The notes under the pieces were generated by a model. It was not told the DNA's origin, did not search any database, and worked only from the letters and a program-made list of their open reading frames with translations. A DNA stretch of 44,500 nucleotides, from assembly GCF_001194135.2 (NCBI RefSeq), contig NC_068985.1, positions 122,832,227 through 122,876,726 on the forward strand, in the 5' to 3' direction. Positions within the stretch are counted from its first letter, which is position 1. Each line of letters begins with the position of its first letter. The position numbers and the translations under genes are program-made. Positions 11,085-23,475 of this stretch are shown in pieces. This DNA is from Octopus bimaculoides. Lineage: Eukaryota.

Positions 11085-11645
11085 GTTTCAAATTTTTGGT
11101 ACAAAGCAAGTAATTTTTAGTGGGAGGAGGCTAGACGGTTACATCGAACCCAATACTGGAAAGTAAATTTGACCTCGGCTCAATTTCTACTCAGAACGTA
11201 AAGAGCAGGAAAAAATGCTGTTAAGCTTTTTGTCTGTCACGCCTACAGTTCTGTCAGCTCGCTGCCTTAATTTTAAATATAATAATTGTTTCAAATTTTG
11301 ACACAAAGCCAGCAATTTGAACTGCATCGAATTTAGTATTGAACTGATACGTTATTTCTTAGACAGCCGAAAGCATGTATAGTAAAGTTGGGATTTGAAT
11401 TCATTACGTAGAGAGTCGGAAGAAATGCCGGAAGAAGATTTTGTCAGCTCACCGTGTTAATAATCATTTCTACTATAGGCATAAGGCCCGAAGTTTTGGG
11501 GGAAGGGCTAGTCACTTACAATGACCCCAGTGATCAACTGGTACTTATTCTATCAACCCCGGAAGGATGAAAGGCAAAGACAACCGAAAGAAATAATACA
11601 AAGCATTTTGTCTGGTTTGCTAACGATTCTGCGAACTCGCTGCCT
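11085..11645 (-). mobile_element. Three tandem decayed SINE family B copies (about 11085-11270, 11285-11450, 11465-11645)
   Basis: Recurrent TCAAATTTT(G)GCACAAAGC/GGCATAAGGCC tails, GACCCCAGT..AACTGGTACTT cores and ...CAGCTCGCTGCC heads. Confidence 0.75.
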
Positions 11646-11882
11646 TTATTTCGAATAAAATACTAAAACTATTCAGTAATGGGAGACGTTTAAAGAGAAT
11701 TCAACACCGTCAAGATGACAAAACACGATCTATTTGATTATCTTACATGTTTAATCTAAGTTTAGTTATGCTCTTTAACATTAATCTTTTGTTATGTATC
11801 TTTAAGCAAATAAGACTTTAAGTATTTAACTGATGTTAACTCATAAAACGAATTCGGAAATATTTTTATGTATGGACATGTT

Positions 11883-11934
<52 letters not shown>

Positions 11935-11937
<3 letters not shown>

Positions 11938-12234
11938 CCTCGACAATTTAAATATTACTCTATATTTAATAGATCAACCCTGAAGCTATCCTATTCCACC
12001 CTACCCAACTTCGAATCTATTACAGCAGCCTCTAATAAACAAAAACTTACTCTCTACTATCAAAACTCACACTATAACAACACTAAATATACGAACGCCC
12101 AACATGTACACAGCTCCAGCATTGAACTCCATAGATTAGACCACAACCGTAACCCAACCCATCCTACTAGCACTACCTGGAATACTACCACAACTTCCAC
12201 CACCCTTACAGATAGAATAATTAACAACGATAGC

Positions 12235-12302
<68 letters not shown>

Positions 12303-12766
12303 GAGTATTAATAACATTAATAATACTAATAACTTAGACCTTTATACTCCTTTCTCTATCCTCTGACGGTATTACCTCCTTCATTCCTGAAAATAACTCC
12401 CAAAATATACCCACTTTTAACTGCCGTCCTGGGTCCATCTGCCCCCTACAAACCCACCCATTGTAGAAGATCTAATGTTTAAGTGCACCGTCCTCAATAC
12501 ATTACATAATTTTACAGCCATATAAATAGGATAACCCATAACTTTTAAACAACGATATACCGCTCATCTCAATTCTTTTAGATACGAGAAACACAGTAAA
12601 TTCACAACACACGCCAGTCACATACATCATCTCAAAAATATAAATATTCTCTACACTCTGTTATGGTCCATAATAGATTCAGGGTTTCCATATCAAGGTC
12701 AACGCTTAACCTGTAAGCTATGCCTTAAAGAGGCATTCAGCATATTGAAACACAACTCTTCAGCAC
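11935..12766 (+). mobile_element. Penelope-like retroelement fragment (RT C-terminus/linker plus frameshifted GIY-YIG endonuclease)
   Basis: FPRQFKYYSIFNRSTLKLSYSTLPNFESI resembles the PLE F..IFNR.TVKLSYSC.PN motif. Downstream are NCR...CPL, THTFKQRYTAHLNSFRYEKH and W.II....PY....CKLCLKE, typical of the PLE endonuclease. Both ends are cut by (TA)n. Confidence 0.85.
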
Positions 12767-13039
12767 TATATATATATATATATATATATATAAATATAAA
12801 TATATATATATATANNNNNNNNNNNNNNNNNNNNNNNNNNNNNNNNNNNNNNNNNNNNNNNNNNNNNNNNNNNNNNNNNNNNNNNNNNNNNNNNNNNNNN
12901 NNNNNNNNNNNNNNNNNNGGAAATGAAACGCAACAGGCCTTTCCATTCTTCCCGAACGTTACACTAATACACTTGTTTGTTGTTCCTATACCTGTCTTCG
13001 TCTTTCGTTTTCTGTAAATTTGAACAGTAAAAATGGATT

Positions 13040-13600
13040 CGTGGTTAGGGCGGTAGAGCAGCAAAATATTGTGGTTTTCATCTCGGCTCTTTCTATTCAG
13101 AGTTCAAATATCACCTTTCACATCTCCGGCAAAGTCTACTTCAACGGTATTTGAACTCAAAATGTAAAGGGACATAACTAAAACTGTACGGAATTTCCCC
13201 CGATAATCTAGCAATTCTACCAAACCAAAAGCTTTGTAATAGTTTCTAACATAGGCTCAAGTCTTGACATGTTTTGGATAGGGAAGAACCGGTTATATTG
13301 ACCCTCACTACTGGACCGGTTGTTTTATCGACTCCCGAAGGAGGAAAGGTAAAATTGCTCTCAACAAGATTTAAATTCAAAAAGTAGTGAGCAGGAAGTA
13401 ATGTCAAAGAGCGACTTGAATAGCATTCTAATGATTCCCCTAAAATGTGATATAGTTTCCAGTTTAGGCACAATATCAGCAGTTTTTAGGGAAGGATTTT
13501 GTCGATTACATTGACCTTCACTGATACTTTATTTTATCGAACCGGAGAGGTAAAAGACGAGATTTGAACTTCGACTAGAAAGAGTCGGGTTAAATATATG
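13040..13600. mobile_element. Cluster of decayed SINE family B remnants (13040-13160 on +; 13235-13420 and 13465-13600 on -)
   Basis: CAGAGTTCAAAT, TTTTATCGAC..CGAAGG..GAAAGG and CTACTGG motifs shared with other copies. Confidence 0.65.
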
Positions 13601-13729
13601 CTTTCCCTACAATTTTGTAAGGCCAGTTCTGGAATTAGATATCAATAAACTGAATTGAATCGCGCCACTAACCTCTTTCAACTCTGTGGTAATCTTCAAT
13701 TGCAGGTACATCATAGACAATTAGATAAG

Positions 13730-14025
13730 ACGAGGTCTTGGATTCCATTCCACTGCAAGGTGTCTTAGGCAAATGTAACTTTCTGTAGTCTTGAGTTTAC
13801 TCAAACATTGTGAGTGAAAATGAATATAGAAAAACTGTAAAGTAAATCGTCGGATGTATTGTACCAGTAATTCAAAAGTACAGATTTGTCTAATAGTGTG
13901 TCTCGCTGATTCTGTTTGAAAATTACGTTAAGTGTCTGTGGGAGACTCAGCCACTTATATATATTCAATGAGCACCTGATTCAGTTGATCGAACAACTGA
14001 GTGCTCATCATTGATCAACAGAGAA
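13730..14025 (+). mobile_element. Old SINE remnant ending in (CAT)n
   Basis: CCACTGCAAGGTGTCTTAGGCAAATGT resembles the family A body; GTGTCTGTGG.AGACTCAGCCACTT resembles the family C tail. Confidence 0.5.
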
Positions 14026-14026
14026 A

Positions 14027-14041
14027 TCATCATCACCATCG

Positions 14042-14114
<73 letters not shown>
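14027..14114. repeat. (CAT)n microsatellite
   Basis: Directly visible; source of the poly-His ORF. Confidence 0.95.
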
Positions 14115-14115
<1 letters not shown>

Positions 14116-15169
14116 TTCATCGAGCTTCAATAGGTGCTATCGTCAAATGTTTTAGATTGTGTGTGGTTTCATCATTTCTTATTTTCAACTTACAACTTGT
14201 TGGGCGTTGTTGTTGCAGCACAACACCCGACACCAAGACATAAATTTGTAAGGAGTTTTCTGAATTTGATTCTTGTGTTTAGAACAAATTTTACAGAAAC
14301 TGTCATGAGAGCAATCTCGCTTGATGAAATACAGGCATTCAAAGATCGAGTACACGGCATCTAATTATTATTGTCATCAAAAATGTAGCAAGCCAATACT
14401 TTTCCGACTGGTCTTCTACAGCCAACAGCGCTATTGCATATAAATCCATAATATAAACAGAAGCAAAGACCCTAGAGTGTTCAAATAATTTAAATAGAAA
14501 ATTTAGTCAACTGCATAATTCGTTGTAAGGCATATATCAGTTTACTCCGCTATTTGCATTTGATATGAAGCTGACGGCTGCTTAAATAACTTACCTAAAG
14601 TCATAAATCTATGTCGATGTTGGGTTGTCAACTTATACATCATGCTTACAGAGATTATTTCCTTACTTTTATAAAAGTTATTAGCGACGACAACTCTTAG
14701 AACTCATCAAATAATTCTTTAAAAAATCGTTACAGAATTCACTAACGATAATGATTCTTACAGCCAAGTAAGAAATTTATATTATATTTGAGTTCCCAGT
14801 ATAATCCTGACAAAATTCTAAAAGGCACCAGGAAAATTAATTACACGAGACCGTTAAATTCTGTTGCGTGCTATTATTTGTCAGAAATTAGTTGTGAAAT
14901 TGAAAAGCTTACCAAAGGCTGTCTACGTAAAACTAAATGGAATGCTTAACAAAAGGATACAATAACGAAAGGAAATAGGAACAACAGTAAAATGAACAAT
15001 GACACCGACAACATCTAGTCTCTGTCCTTCTATATCTGTCTGTCTGTTTGCTTGACTTTCTCTATGCCGGATCTCCGTCGTTCGGTGAGGATTCTGTTGT
15101 CTGATGAACTGAAATGCCTGTTTCTGAATTGCTGGCTAACTGGTTGAGTATTCTTCATAATTGGATAAA

Positions 15170-15956
15170 CGTACTGCTATATTCCTGATGGGTAACTTCA
15201 ACATCCCCAACATCAGGTGGCCTGAGGGCAACGTAACCCCAGGAATGACGCACAAAACGCGAAATCAAGCAGAATCTCTACTTGATCTTACGAAAATGCT
15301 TTTCATAGGGCAGATCATACTCATTCCAACTAGGCACTAAAATATGAAGGACTTCTGTCTTACAAACGATGTGGAAATTATCCACAACGTAAATATATCA
15401 ACGAAAATATTCTCAGACCATAACATGATAGAACTGACAATGTATGGCCCAGAATTAACTGAAGATAAACTCATCACAGATGGCGCTCAAACCCTATCCA
15501 GCCTAAATTTCTATAAGGCTGACTGGAAGTCACTTGAAAAACAGATACTCCAGCACGACTGGTCTAAAAGCCTCTCTATGCAAGACATAGATATGAAACT
15601 CAACATATTCATGTCAATAATGCGAGCCATATGCATTAAATGTGTCCCAGAGAAGAGAGCCAATACTCACAATACATTCCGAGGCAGGAGAATACACATG
15701 CGGCGGAGAATAAAGATCTCGAATAGTTTAAACAGACACCTCAATGTCAGTGTGAAATCGAACCTGACAGAGGAACTCTTCGAGATAGAACAGAAACTCA
15801 AAATCTCCTACGAAAAAGAAAGAGAAGAAAGAGAAACTTGGACAGTCGAAAATATAAAAAGAAATCCTAAGCCTTCTGCACGTTGGCAAAGGAGTCTGCC
15901 CCAGTACGCTATAAGATAGGGCCACTATTTGGTAAAAATGGCTCACTAATTTCACT
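15170..15956 (+). mobile_element. CR1/L2-group LINE fragment (APE endonuclease C-terminus and linker)
   Basis: FLMGNFNIPNIRW matches the GDFN.P.I.W motif, FSDHNMI matches the SDH motif, and NFYKADW follows. There are frameshifts, and it ends at (TA)n and a gap. Confidence 0.8.
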
Positions 15957-16876
15957 ATATATATATATATNNNNNNNNNNNNNNNNNNNNNNNNNNNNNN
16001 NNNNNNNNNNNNNNNNNNNNNNNNNNNNNNNNNNNNNNNNNNNNNNNNNNNNNNNNNNNNNNNNNNNNNNNNNNNNNNNNNNNNNNNNNNNNNNNNNNNN
16101 NNNNNNNNNNNNNNNNNNNNNNNNNNNNNNNNNNNNNNNNNNNNNNNNNNNNNNNNNNNNNNNNNNNNNNNNNNNNNNNNNNNNNNNNNNNNNNNNNNNN
16201 NNNNNNNNNNNNNNNNNNNNNNNNNNNNNNNNNNNNNNNNNNNNNNNNNNNNNNNNNNNNNNNNNNNNNNNNNNNNNNNNNNNNNNNNNNNNNNNNNNNN
16301 NNNNNNNNNNNNNNNNNNNNNNNNNNNNNNNNNNNNNNNNNNNNNNNNNNNNNNNNNNNNNNNNNNNNNNNNNNNNNNNNNNNNNNNNNNNNNNNNNNNN
16401 NNNNNNNNNNNNNNNNNNNNNNNNNNNNNNNNNNNNNNNNNNNNNNNNNNNNNNNNNNNNNNNNNNNNNNNNNNNNNNNNNNNNNNNNNNNNNNNNNNNN
16501 NNNNNNNNNNNNNNNNNNNNNNNNNNNNNNNNNNNNNNNNNNNNNNNNNNNNNNNNNNNNNNNNNNNNNNNNNNNNNNNNNNNNNNNNNNNNNNNNNNNN
16601 NNNNNNNNNNNNNNNNNNNNNNNNNNNNNNNNNNNNNNNNNNNNNNNNNNNNNNNNNNNNNNNNNNNNNNNNNNNNNNNNNNNNNNNNNNNNNNNNNNNN
16701 NNNNNNNNNNNNNNNNNNNNNNNNNNNNNNNNNNNNNNNNNNNNNNNNNNNNNNNNNNNNNNNNNNNNNNNNNNNNNNNNNNNNNNNNNNNNNNNNNNNN
16801 NNNNNNNNNNNNNNNNNNNNNNNNNNNNNNNNNNNNNNNNNNNNNNNNNNNNNNNNNNNNNNNNNNNNNNNNNNNN

Positions 16877-17283
16877 TAATTGATGTATCAATACCAGCAA
16901 ATGACGTTTCCCTAAAAGAAATAGAGAAACTTTCAAAATACAAAGACCTGGAAATAGAGGTAACTCGAATGTGGAATCTAAAAACAGAAACAATTCCTAT
17001 CATAGTAGGTGCCTTAGGTATAATAAAAACATATTCAGACAAATACATAACAAAAACACCAGGACTTACAAATATTTATAACGTACAGAAAATTGCACTA
17101 CTGGGCACTGCACACATCCTACGCAAAACACTTTCAATACAGTAACCATAAGAGCACCACAGCAAACCACAGCACATACCCAAGGCGCACAGAGCTGCGC
17201 TCGGTAGTGAAGTGAAAGCACGTTATAAAAATAAAACTACTGAACGATAATAATAATAATAATATTAATAATAATAATAATAA
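16877..17283 (+). mobile_element. R4/Dong-type retrotransposon 3' end (RLE domain, 3'UTR, (TAA)n)
   Basis: IDVSIPANDVSLKEIEKLSKYKDLEIEVTRMW...IPIIVGALG...KIALLGTAHILRK* is a PD-(D/E)xK RLE C-terminus. Stop at 17145; TAA tract at 17248-17283. Confidence 0.9.
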
Positions 17284-18849
17284 GGATTATCATGAAACAG
17301 CATTAGCATTACCTTTAATTCTTTTCTATATATTTATATACAGCTTCAAATAGATCTACATATGTTTTTACTGCATCGATTAGTGACCTTCATAACTAAT
17401 ACGGTTATGAAACTTGAATTGAAACGTGATTTGTTTTTTAAAAAAAGAGTATATAAGCCAAGAACTGAAGATATTCAAATGTTAAAACAAATTTCGATCG
17501 GGTAACTTAAAACAAAAAAATTGAATAAAAGGATCTTTTGTAGGATCATATGACCAATGTATAGAAAATCAGGGCATAAAAATGATGTTGATTAAATGTG
17601 AAAAGATCAGAAAAGGCCGAACACAATCCCTTCCTACTACATTGTCCGCATTCTATTTGGAATTAATTTTAATTAATTAAAACTTGTCTCTTTTATTGCT
17701 CTCGATCAGAAATGATGTAAGGATGTAATTTTAATTATATGACGTTCTTAGTACGACATTAATACTAATCTTATCAAATAACAGAAGACAATTGCCCAAT
17801 GCATTACACTCAAGGATCAAAATTAGTTGCAAAGCAAATTTCTTCTTCCCATCCTCACAGCGACATATCTGAATGGATAAAAAACTCACGGAATACAATA
17901 TCTGAGAACCCCCACCCCATGAAAAAGACGAAAATGAGATGGTTAGAGCTGGAATAACTTTGATCATAAGTCTGCTTAATTATAGCAAATTTGGGGTCAA
18001 ACAATAACTTTCTGAGCAGTTACAACTATTTATATTTTTCTTTACTTAAAATACCTGAAGACCCAAAGACCATTTCTAAGCAATGAGTTTGGGGAAAGAG
18101 GAAATGACATTAATGACACAAAAATCTATACACGAGCGCCTATTTAAGAAAGCAATTAAGATGATAATAAAGCTATTGACAAATGATTTAAATAAAAATA
18201 TTTAAATGTAAACGATTTGAATGAAAAAAAAAATGGTAATAAAAGACGTGATAAAAAAACTGATAACAGTAAAGTACGGTAATTGAGTTGACAATAAAGG
18301 AGCTAATAAAATGAAATAAAATAAGCTGTATAAAGTAAAACAAAGTCAAATTATTTACCCCACTTTTAATATTCTCGAGCGAGGCAAGTTATATAAGGAA
18401 TCGATATCGAAAGTTGTTACTTAGCTTCAGGGTAAAACATGATGAAGCATTCAAATCACACCCCTCCCATATCTTATTAAAACTTAATGTGTATAGAACC
18501 ATATAAACAGTAGGGGATGATGTGAAGGAACGCATAGAGATGACCCCTCTGGCTCTCAAAATGAGAGCCAAAAAGTTTAGTTTAACGTTATCGAATTCTA
18601 ATTCTTAGCTCGTAGTTATCCATTCTGGCAGTTCTTTGCGTTTGATCGGCTCTAAGTTAGTTCTGATTTAAAGAATTGATAGCTTCGTTGATCGAACAAC
18701 TACCAGCTCATCGTTGAAACCATCGAATTACCCATTAGCATTGCGAAAAATGATGATTTCTTTGTTAGTGTTTTGTAAGTTTCCACTTGAAGGAATGAAC
18801 ATCCTCTACGCTAACATGCTATCCAGTGAAAGATGTATTTGCATATGTG

Positions 18850-18888
18850 TATGTGTATGTGTGTGTGTGCGTGCTTGTGCATGTGTGT

Positions 18889-18978
<90 letters not shown>
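18850..18978. repeat. (GT)n microsatellite
   Basis: Directly visible. Confidence 0.95.
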
Positions 18979-18980
<2 letters not shown>

Positions 18981-20463
18981 TGATCTACTCTGCACTATGA
19001 AAGTAAAGGTGAGCACATCGAAATAACGAGAAAAGCTAACCACATGAATGTGCTAAAAATGGGACAGAAATGCATCTAAAAATAACACACACCTCTTAAA
19101 ATAGAAAAGGATATGTAAGAAAATTTAACTCTATTTCTTCACTTAAACCGAGGGAATAACAACGGCTGTAATTTCCTTGATCATATATGCACTCGATCAG
19201 ACAACGAGAATAATTGCACCTCTTGCATATTCCTTCATTCATCCATTCACCAGGACATTTGTTCCTCTAGCTAGAGGTTACTCCCTTTTCGACTTTACTG
19301 GGCATCATCGACCTTAGTTTCAAGAATTTAATTTAATAAAAAGCAAGCCCACCAATTCTCTAGGCCTTCGAGCTGGTAGAAGTGTTTTGAAGGTGGAATT
19401 TAACTCAGAAGGCAGAGAGCTAGAAACAGTTGCTACAGACCATTCTCGTATATATTCGTATAGGCCTCTCACTGAAGCCCGAAATCGGACAAAGCAAATA
19501 AAATTGAAATGAGACGATTAAGCATGGTTGTCTGGATGCTGACGAAACATTGAACCTGTTTTGGTGACAGTACATTTTAACACAGGAGTCAAGCGCGCAC
19601 ACGTACACACACAGGCGCGCACAAAATTATAAGCATATAAATATTCAGATAGAGATAGGGAGAAGGAGAGAAAGAGAGATGGAGGAGGGAAGGAGAGAAT
19701 GACAGAAACATTAAAACGTCTTACGTAAGATAAATCAGCATCGAACCAGCGACGCCAAATAGGCAGCGACAAAACGGCCCCGCATAAAACATCTCATGTT
19801 GAAAAAAATTACAACTAGGAAATGAAAATAGGCCACGGATACAGCGAAGCAGGTGCATACTCCTTGTTATGCAGCCATACACATTACTGACAATAAACAT
19901 TCCAGCTCAATAAATCAACAAATCAAGTGGATTTATCATTCAAATGTATTTCGATAAATTCATAATGAAGTTGAATATACAAACAGCTAAAACAAGCTTA
20001 CAAGATTTAACTGTTTGACATGTCCGCATACCAATAAGAAAGAGAATCAAATGTTATCGCTGAAGCTCTTTGATTCTACGTTAGTAAACACGTTATCAGC
20101 CAACAATCTCTTAAAGGCAACAGCATTCCTTAAATTTCATTGGTCAAATTTCCTGGAGATCTAAAATATGCTTCAGCTTTAATGATGTTTGCAGTTCGAG
20201 TCAATAAAACTGAAACAAACATTAGAAAGAAAGAAAAGTACAATAAGAGGAAAGAAAAAGAAAAGAAAAGAAGGTATACTCAGGAAGAAGAACTTACTTA
20301 GAAATATGAAGACAATTGACAGTATGAAGACAATTTGAGAAGAACGTGAAGTAATGACTTGTTATATCGACAAACATAGGAGTTATTTTATTGAGGAAGG
20401 AGAAAATGGGCCTCTGACCCCAAGATATATAGGAAAATAGACTACACCGTCATGCTCGCTTGC

Positions 20464-20510
<47 letters not shown>

Positions 20511-21235
20511 TATACACACATGCCTAAATATATACATATATATATACACATGTATGCACATACATACACGCAGACAAACACGACGCATACACACACAGGC
20601 TCACACACTACTTATACTATGTGAGTATATATATAATCCAAATAAGATAAAGAAATACTTCAAAGAATCTCAGCTCTCGCTCGCCAGCTTACGCAAGAGT
20701 TCAAAGAGAAAATTCACGTAATATTTGCGGTTTTTGACATTAGAGTGGCAGTTCATCAGACTTGTAAGACTGATTCTTTGATGCAATTCTGGTGTTACGT
20801 AAATTTTCACTTCGAATTTTGTGTGAACTGGCGTTGAAAACAGTGTTGGTACAGAAACAGTTGTAAGTAATCATCAAAGATGTGTTAAAGTATTTCTTTG
20901 TCTTATTATTATTCTTTGTCTTATTATTATTTTACTCTTCACTAAACCCACACAACGGTTTTGCTCTTGCGAAACCAGAATTTTCTGCACCTGAAGAATT
21001 TTGGTAATAGTCTGGGAGGCGACAATCTTGATAATCCAGGATTCGGGTTGAGTACTGCTTGGAAATATTCTATCATAATTAATCTTTATATTTTGTATCT
21101 TTTCATTTGTCTTGCTTGCTTACGTTCTGGTGCTTGCTGAATTTTCTTGAGAACAATCTTTTCTTAGTGGTCAGACCATAGGTGGTCTACTTCTAGCAAA
21201 ATGGATGTCCACTTAGTGGTCATCCCTCTTATATG

Positions 21236-21276
<41 letters not shown>

Positions 21277-21357
21277 ATATATGTGTGTGTGTGTGTCTGT
21301 GTCTGTGTGAGCATGCACACGTGCTACACTCAGAAGAGATGTAGTTAAATTTTAGAA

Positions 21358-22497
21358 CTCAGGGATGCTGACGAAAATCAACAATGTTTCAAACATTGTG
21401 AATAACTTCTTTTTTTAACTTATGTCGAAACTTCAAACTCCATCGTTATCTCAGCTTTCGAATCCTCTTTTAAAAGATTCAAGTGTGCAGTATTGTACCT
21501 ACTTCTTCACAACTATTTACACCTTGTCTGTGTTATGAAATTGTTGTGTCCAAAAATTGTCTTTCATCGGAATAAACAGGTAGAAGTCAGAGGGCAACAG
21601 ACCCAGGCTGTATGGCGTATAAGGACCACTGACTGGCTTAGTTTGCCGATTTCTTGATTTGATGACAAAGACGTGTCGTTGCCCTTTATCATGGTGAAGA
21701 TGGATCGTTGTTTTTCAAATTGTTGTACAGGCTATTCCTTCTAATGACTTGTTTGAACGTTTTGAGTGTCACAATGTACCGCTCGCTACAGCCATGTTCC
21801 AGAAATTCGAGGAGAATGAGAGTTTCGTAATCCCCACAAACAGTTTCACTGACTTTCTCCGTCAATCGGTGGCTTTTGAACATTTTAGGCATCAGACAAT
21901 AGGTATGACGCCATGCCAAGGACTTAGCCTTCGTCTCTGGATCAGAAAGACACAACCATGTTTCATTCTCTGACACTAGATCGAGAAAAAAACGTGTTTT
22001 CATCGGCTTCAAACGTTTCAAGTGGATCAGAACCGATGTCTACTCTTCTTCAAATCGGGTGTTAACAGCCGAGGTACACACTTTCCAATACCTAAAGGCT
22101 TTGTGAAAAGTATCCAGTTGAGCGGACACTTTGTTGTCTGTCCGTGCTGACCAGTTCGTCCACTTGCTGGCGATTCATGTCAAAAGTCGTAGGCTATGGT
22201 TTTCCACCGTGTAGCTTCTCTTCAGTGCAGGTTATTCAATCTGTTTGGGCACGTTTATCTTGTAATGGTGTCATCTTCGTAAATATCCTCTAGCCTTTTA
22301 TGGATGTGGAATAGTCTGTCAAGAACTCATTGACAACACGTTGCTTCTGCTTGAAGCCTTTTATCTACTACAAAGAACAGGAAAAAGAGTTAGTATAGAG
22401 AAAAAATTACTCTAGCAACATGCAAAATTTGAATAACGTATGTCAGATAATAAAAAAAGGTTGTGATCACTTTATTACTCTCGGTAGAACTCTCGTA
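21358..22497 (-). mobile_element. Decayed mariner (Tc1/mariner) DNA transposon
   Basis: Frameshifted motifs in the correct order: KQKQRVVNEFL, HIHKRLEDIYEDD, CVPRLLT (WVP-x-L), SENETW..DPETK (TGDETW), LHHD, PYSLGLLPSDFYLF (YSPDL). TIR-like TA-CGAGAG... at 22497; the left TIR is only tentative. Confidence 0.9.
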
Positions 22498-23069
22498 TGT
22501 GTCTGTGAATGCATTTGTACCAGTGTGCACGGGAGTGTTTTTGTGTGTTCATCGAACGTAGAAAACTTATGCCGAAATTGAAGGACAAGAGTCCCTATGT
22601 AATGGGAGGAACAATGAAATAATTTGACAAATTGGCATGGTTCTGTACATCACCACACTTCCCCACGAACATAGAGTTTAGTTCAGCATAATTTCTCCTC
22701 AACTTTCAAAGAAACTTTTTTGTGTTGAAGGAAAAAGAATAGCATAAAAGTTTCTAAAAAGTTATAAAGAATGAAAGAGAATGTTAGAGGAAGATGTAGA
22801 GGGAGAGAGAGGTACATAAAGGGTGAAGTAGAGCGGTAGGAAGAGAAATTGTAGCAATTTTAATGTAATAAACCGATACAAAGTTAAGATAACTTTGTAG
22901 CGAATCACACTTGCTCATACGCATGCAAGTACTCTATGTATTTTCTAGGGAAAAAAATTAACGTGACAACCTTACAACGTATAATCCATCCGACAGATTT
23001 CAAATAGTGTCCACAAAGCTTAGGACCAACCTGAAGCAATGATAAAATGTAAAAGAAATACAATTGCAA

Positions 23070-23148
23070 AAGACCCATTACAGAGGGTTCGAACCCGAAT
23101 GCTACTGATTGTGAGCCGAATTTTTATACCATTCAATCGCGTCTGCTT
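23070..23148 (-). mobile_element. tRNA-like SINE head remnant
   Basis: Minus strand GACGCGATTGAATGG...CGGCTCACAATC...GGGTTCGAACCC contains a B-box but no complete cloverleaf. Confidence 0.55.
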
Positions 23149-23430
23149 CTATAGTAACTCGTTGCACTTTCTGGACGTCTTTTACACATTTGTTTTAAAT
23201 AACTTGATTCGTTAGAAGGAACTGTTTTTATGACCTTAGCAAGCTCTCAGTGAGTGATCATGTCAAAGCAGTATTAATAAAACGACTGCGCAGCCATTTT
23301 GTAGTGTGAGAGGATATTTAGACGTGCGTGGTAAACTTACATTAAACACAAATTTTTAGCAAGATTGTGGAAAGTAAATATTGTGGTTAGACTATGCCTT
23401 TTCTTCTCCGAGACCAGGAAAAAGAAGAAC

Positions 23431-23475
23431 GGTTTGACTAATTTCAATGTCTTTTTAACACTTCATCAGGAGTTG
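23431..23475 (-). ncRNA. Orphan minimal hammerhead core lacking stem I
   Basis: CTGATGA-AGTGT-TAAAAAG-ACATT-GAAA-TTA-GTC. Stem II has 5 bp and stem III is near-palindromic (ATTAGT), but the flanks do not pair. Confidence 0.4.

Noticed and set aside
14283-14364. Acceptor plus the frame TNFTETVMRAISLDEIQAFKDRVHGI*
   Set aside because: Short, with no recognisable homology, no nearby AATAAA and no partner exons; cannot be supported.
15883-17145. 420-aa ORF spanning the gap
   Set aside because: It fuses a CR1/L2-like fragment and an unrelated Dong RLE fragment across 906 Ns; it is not a real protein or a demonstrable chimera.
18054-18100. CTGAAGA-CCCAAA...TTTGGG-GAAA hammerhead-like core
   Set aside because: No stem III, NUH site or stem I can be formed.
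18551-18580. 8-bp hairpin GGCTCTCA-AAA-TGAGAGCC as a Helitron 3' end
   Set aside because: It is followed by TTAG rather than CTRR, and no 5' TC end or other copy was identified.
21731-21901. Apparent plus-strand exon (TACAG|GCT...ATAG|GTATGA) encoding AIPSNDLFERFECHNVPLATAMFQKF...
   Set aside because: It is the antisense of the mariner transposase catalytic region, which explains the open frame.
23070-23148. tRNA gene
   Set aside because: It has a B-box but a broken cloverleaf; better explained as a SINE head.
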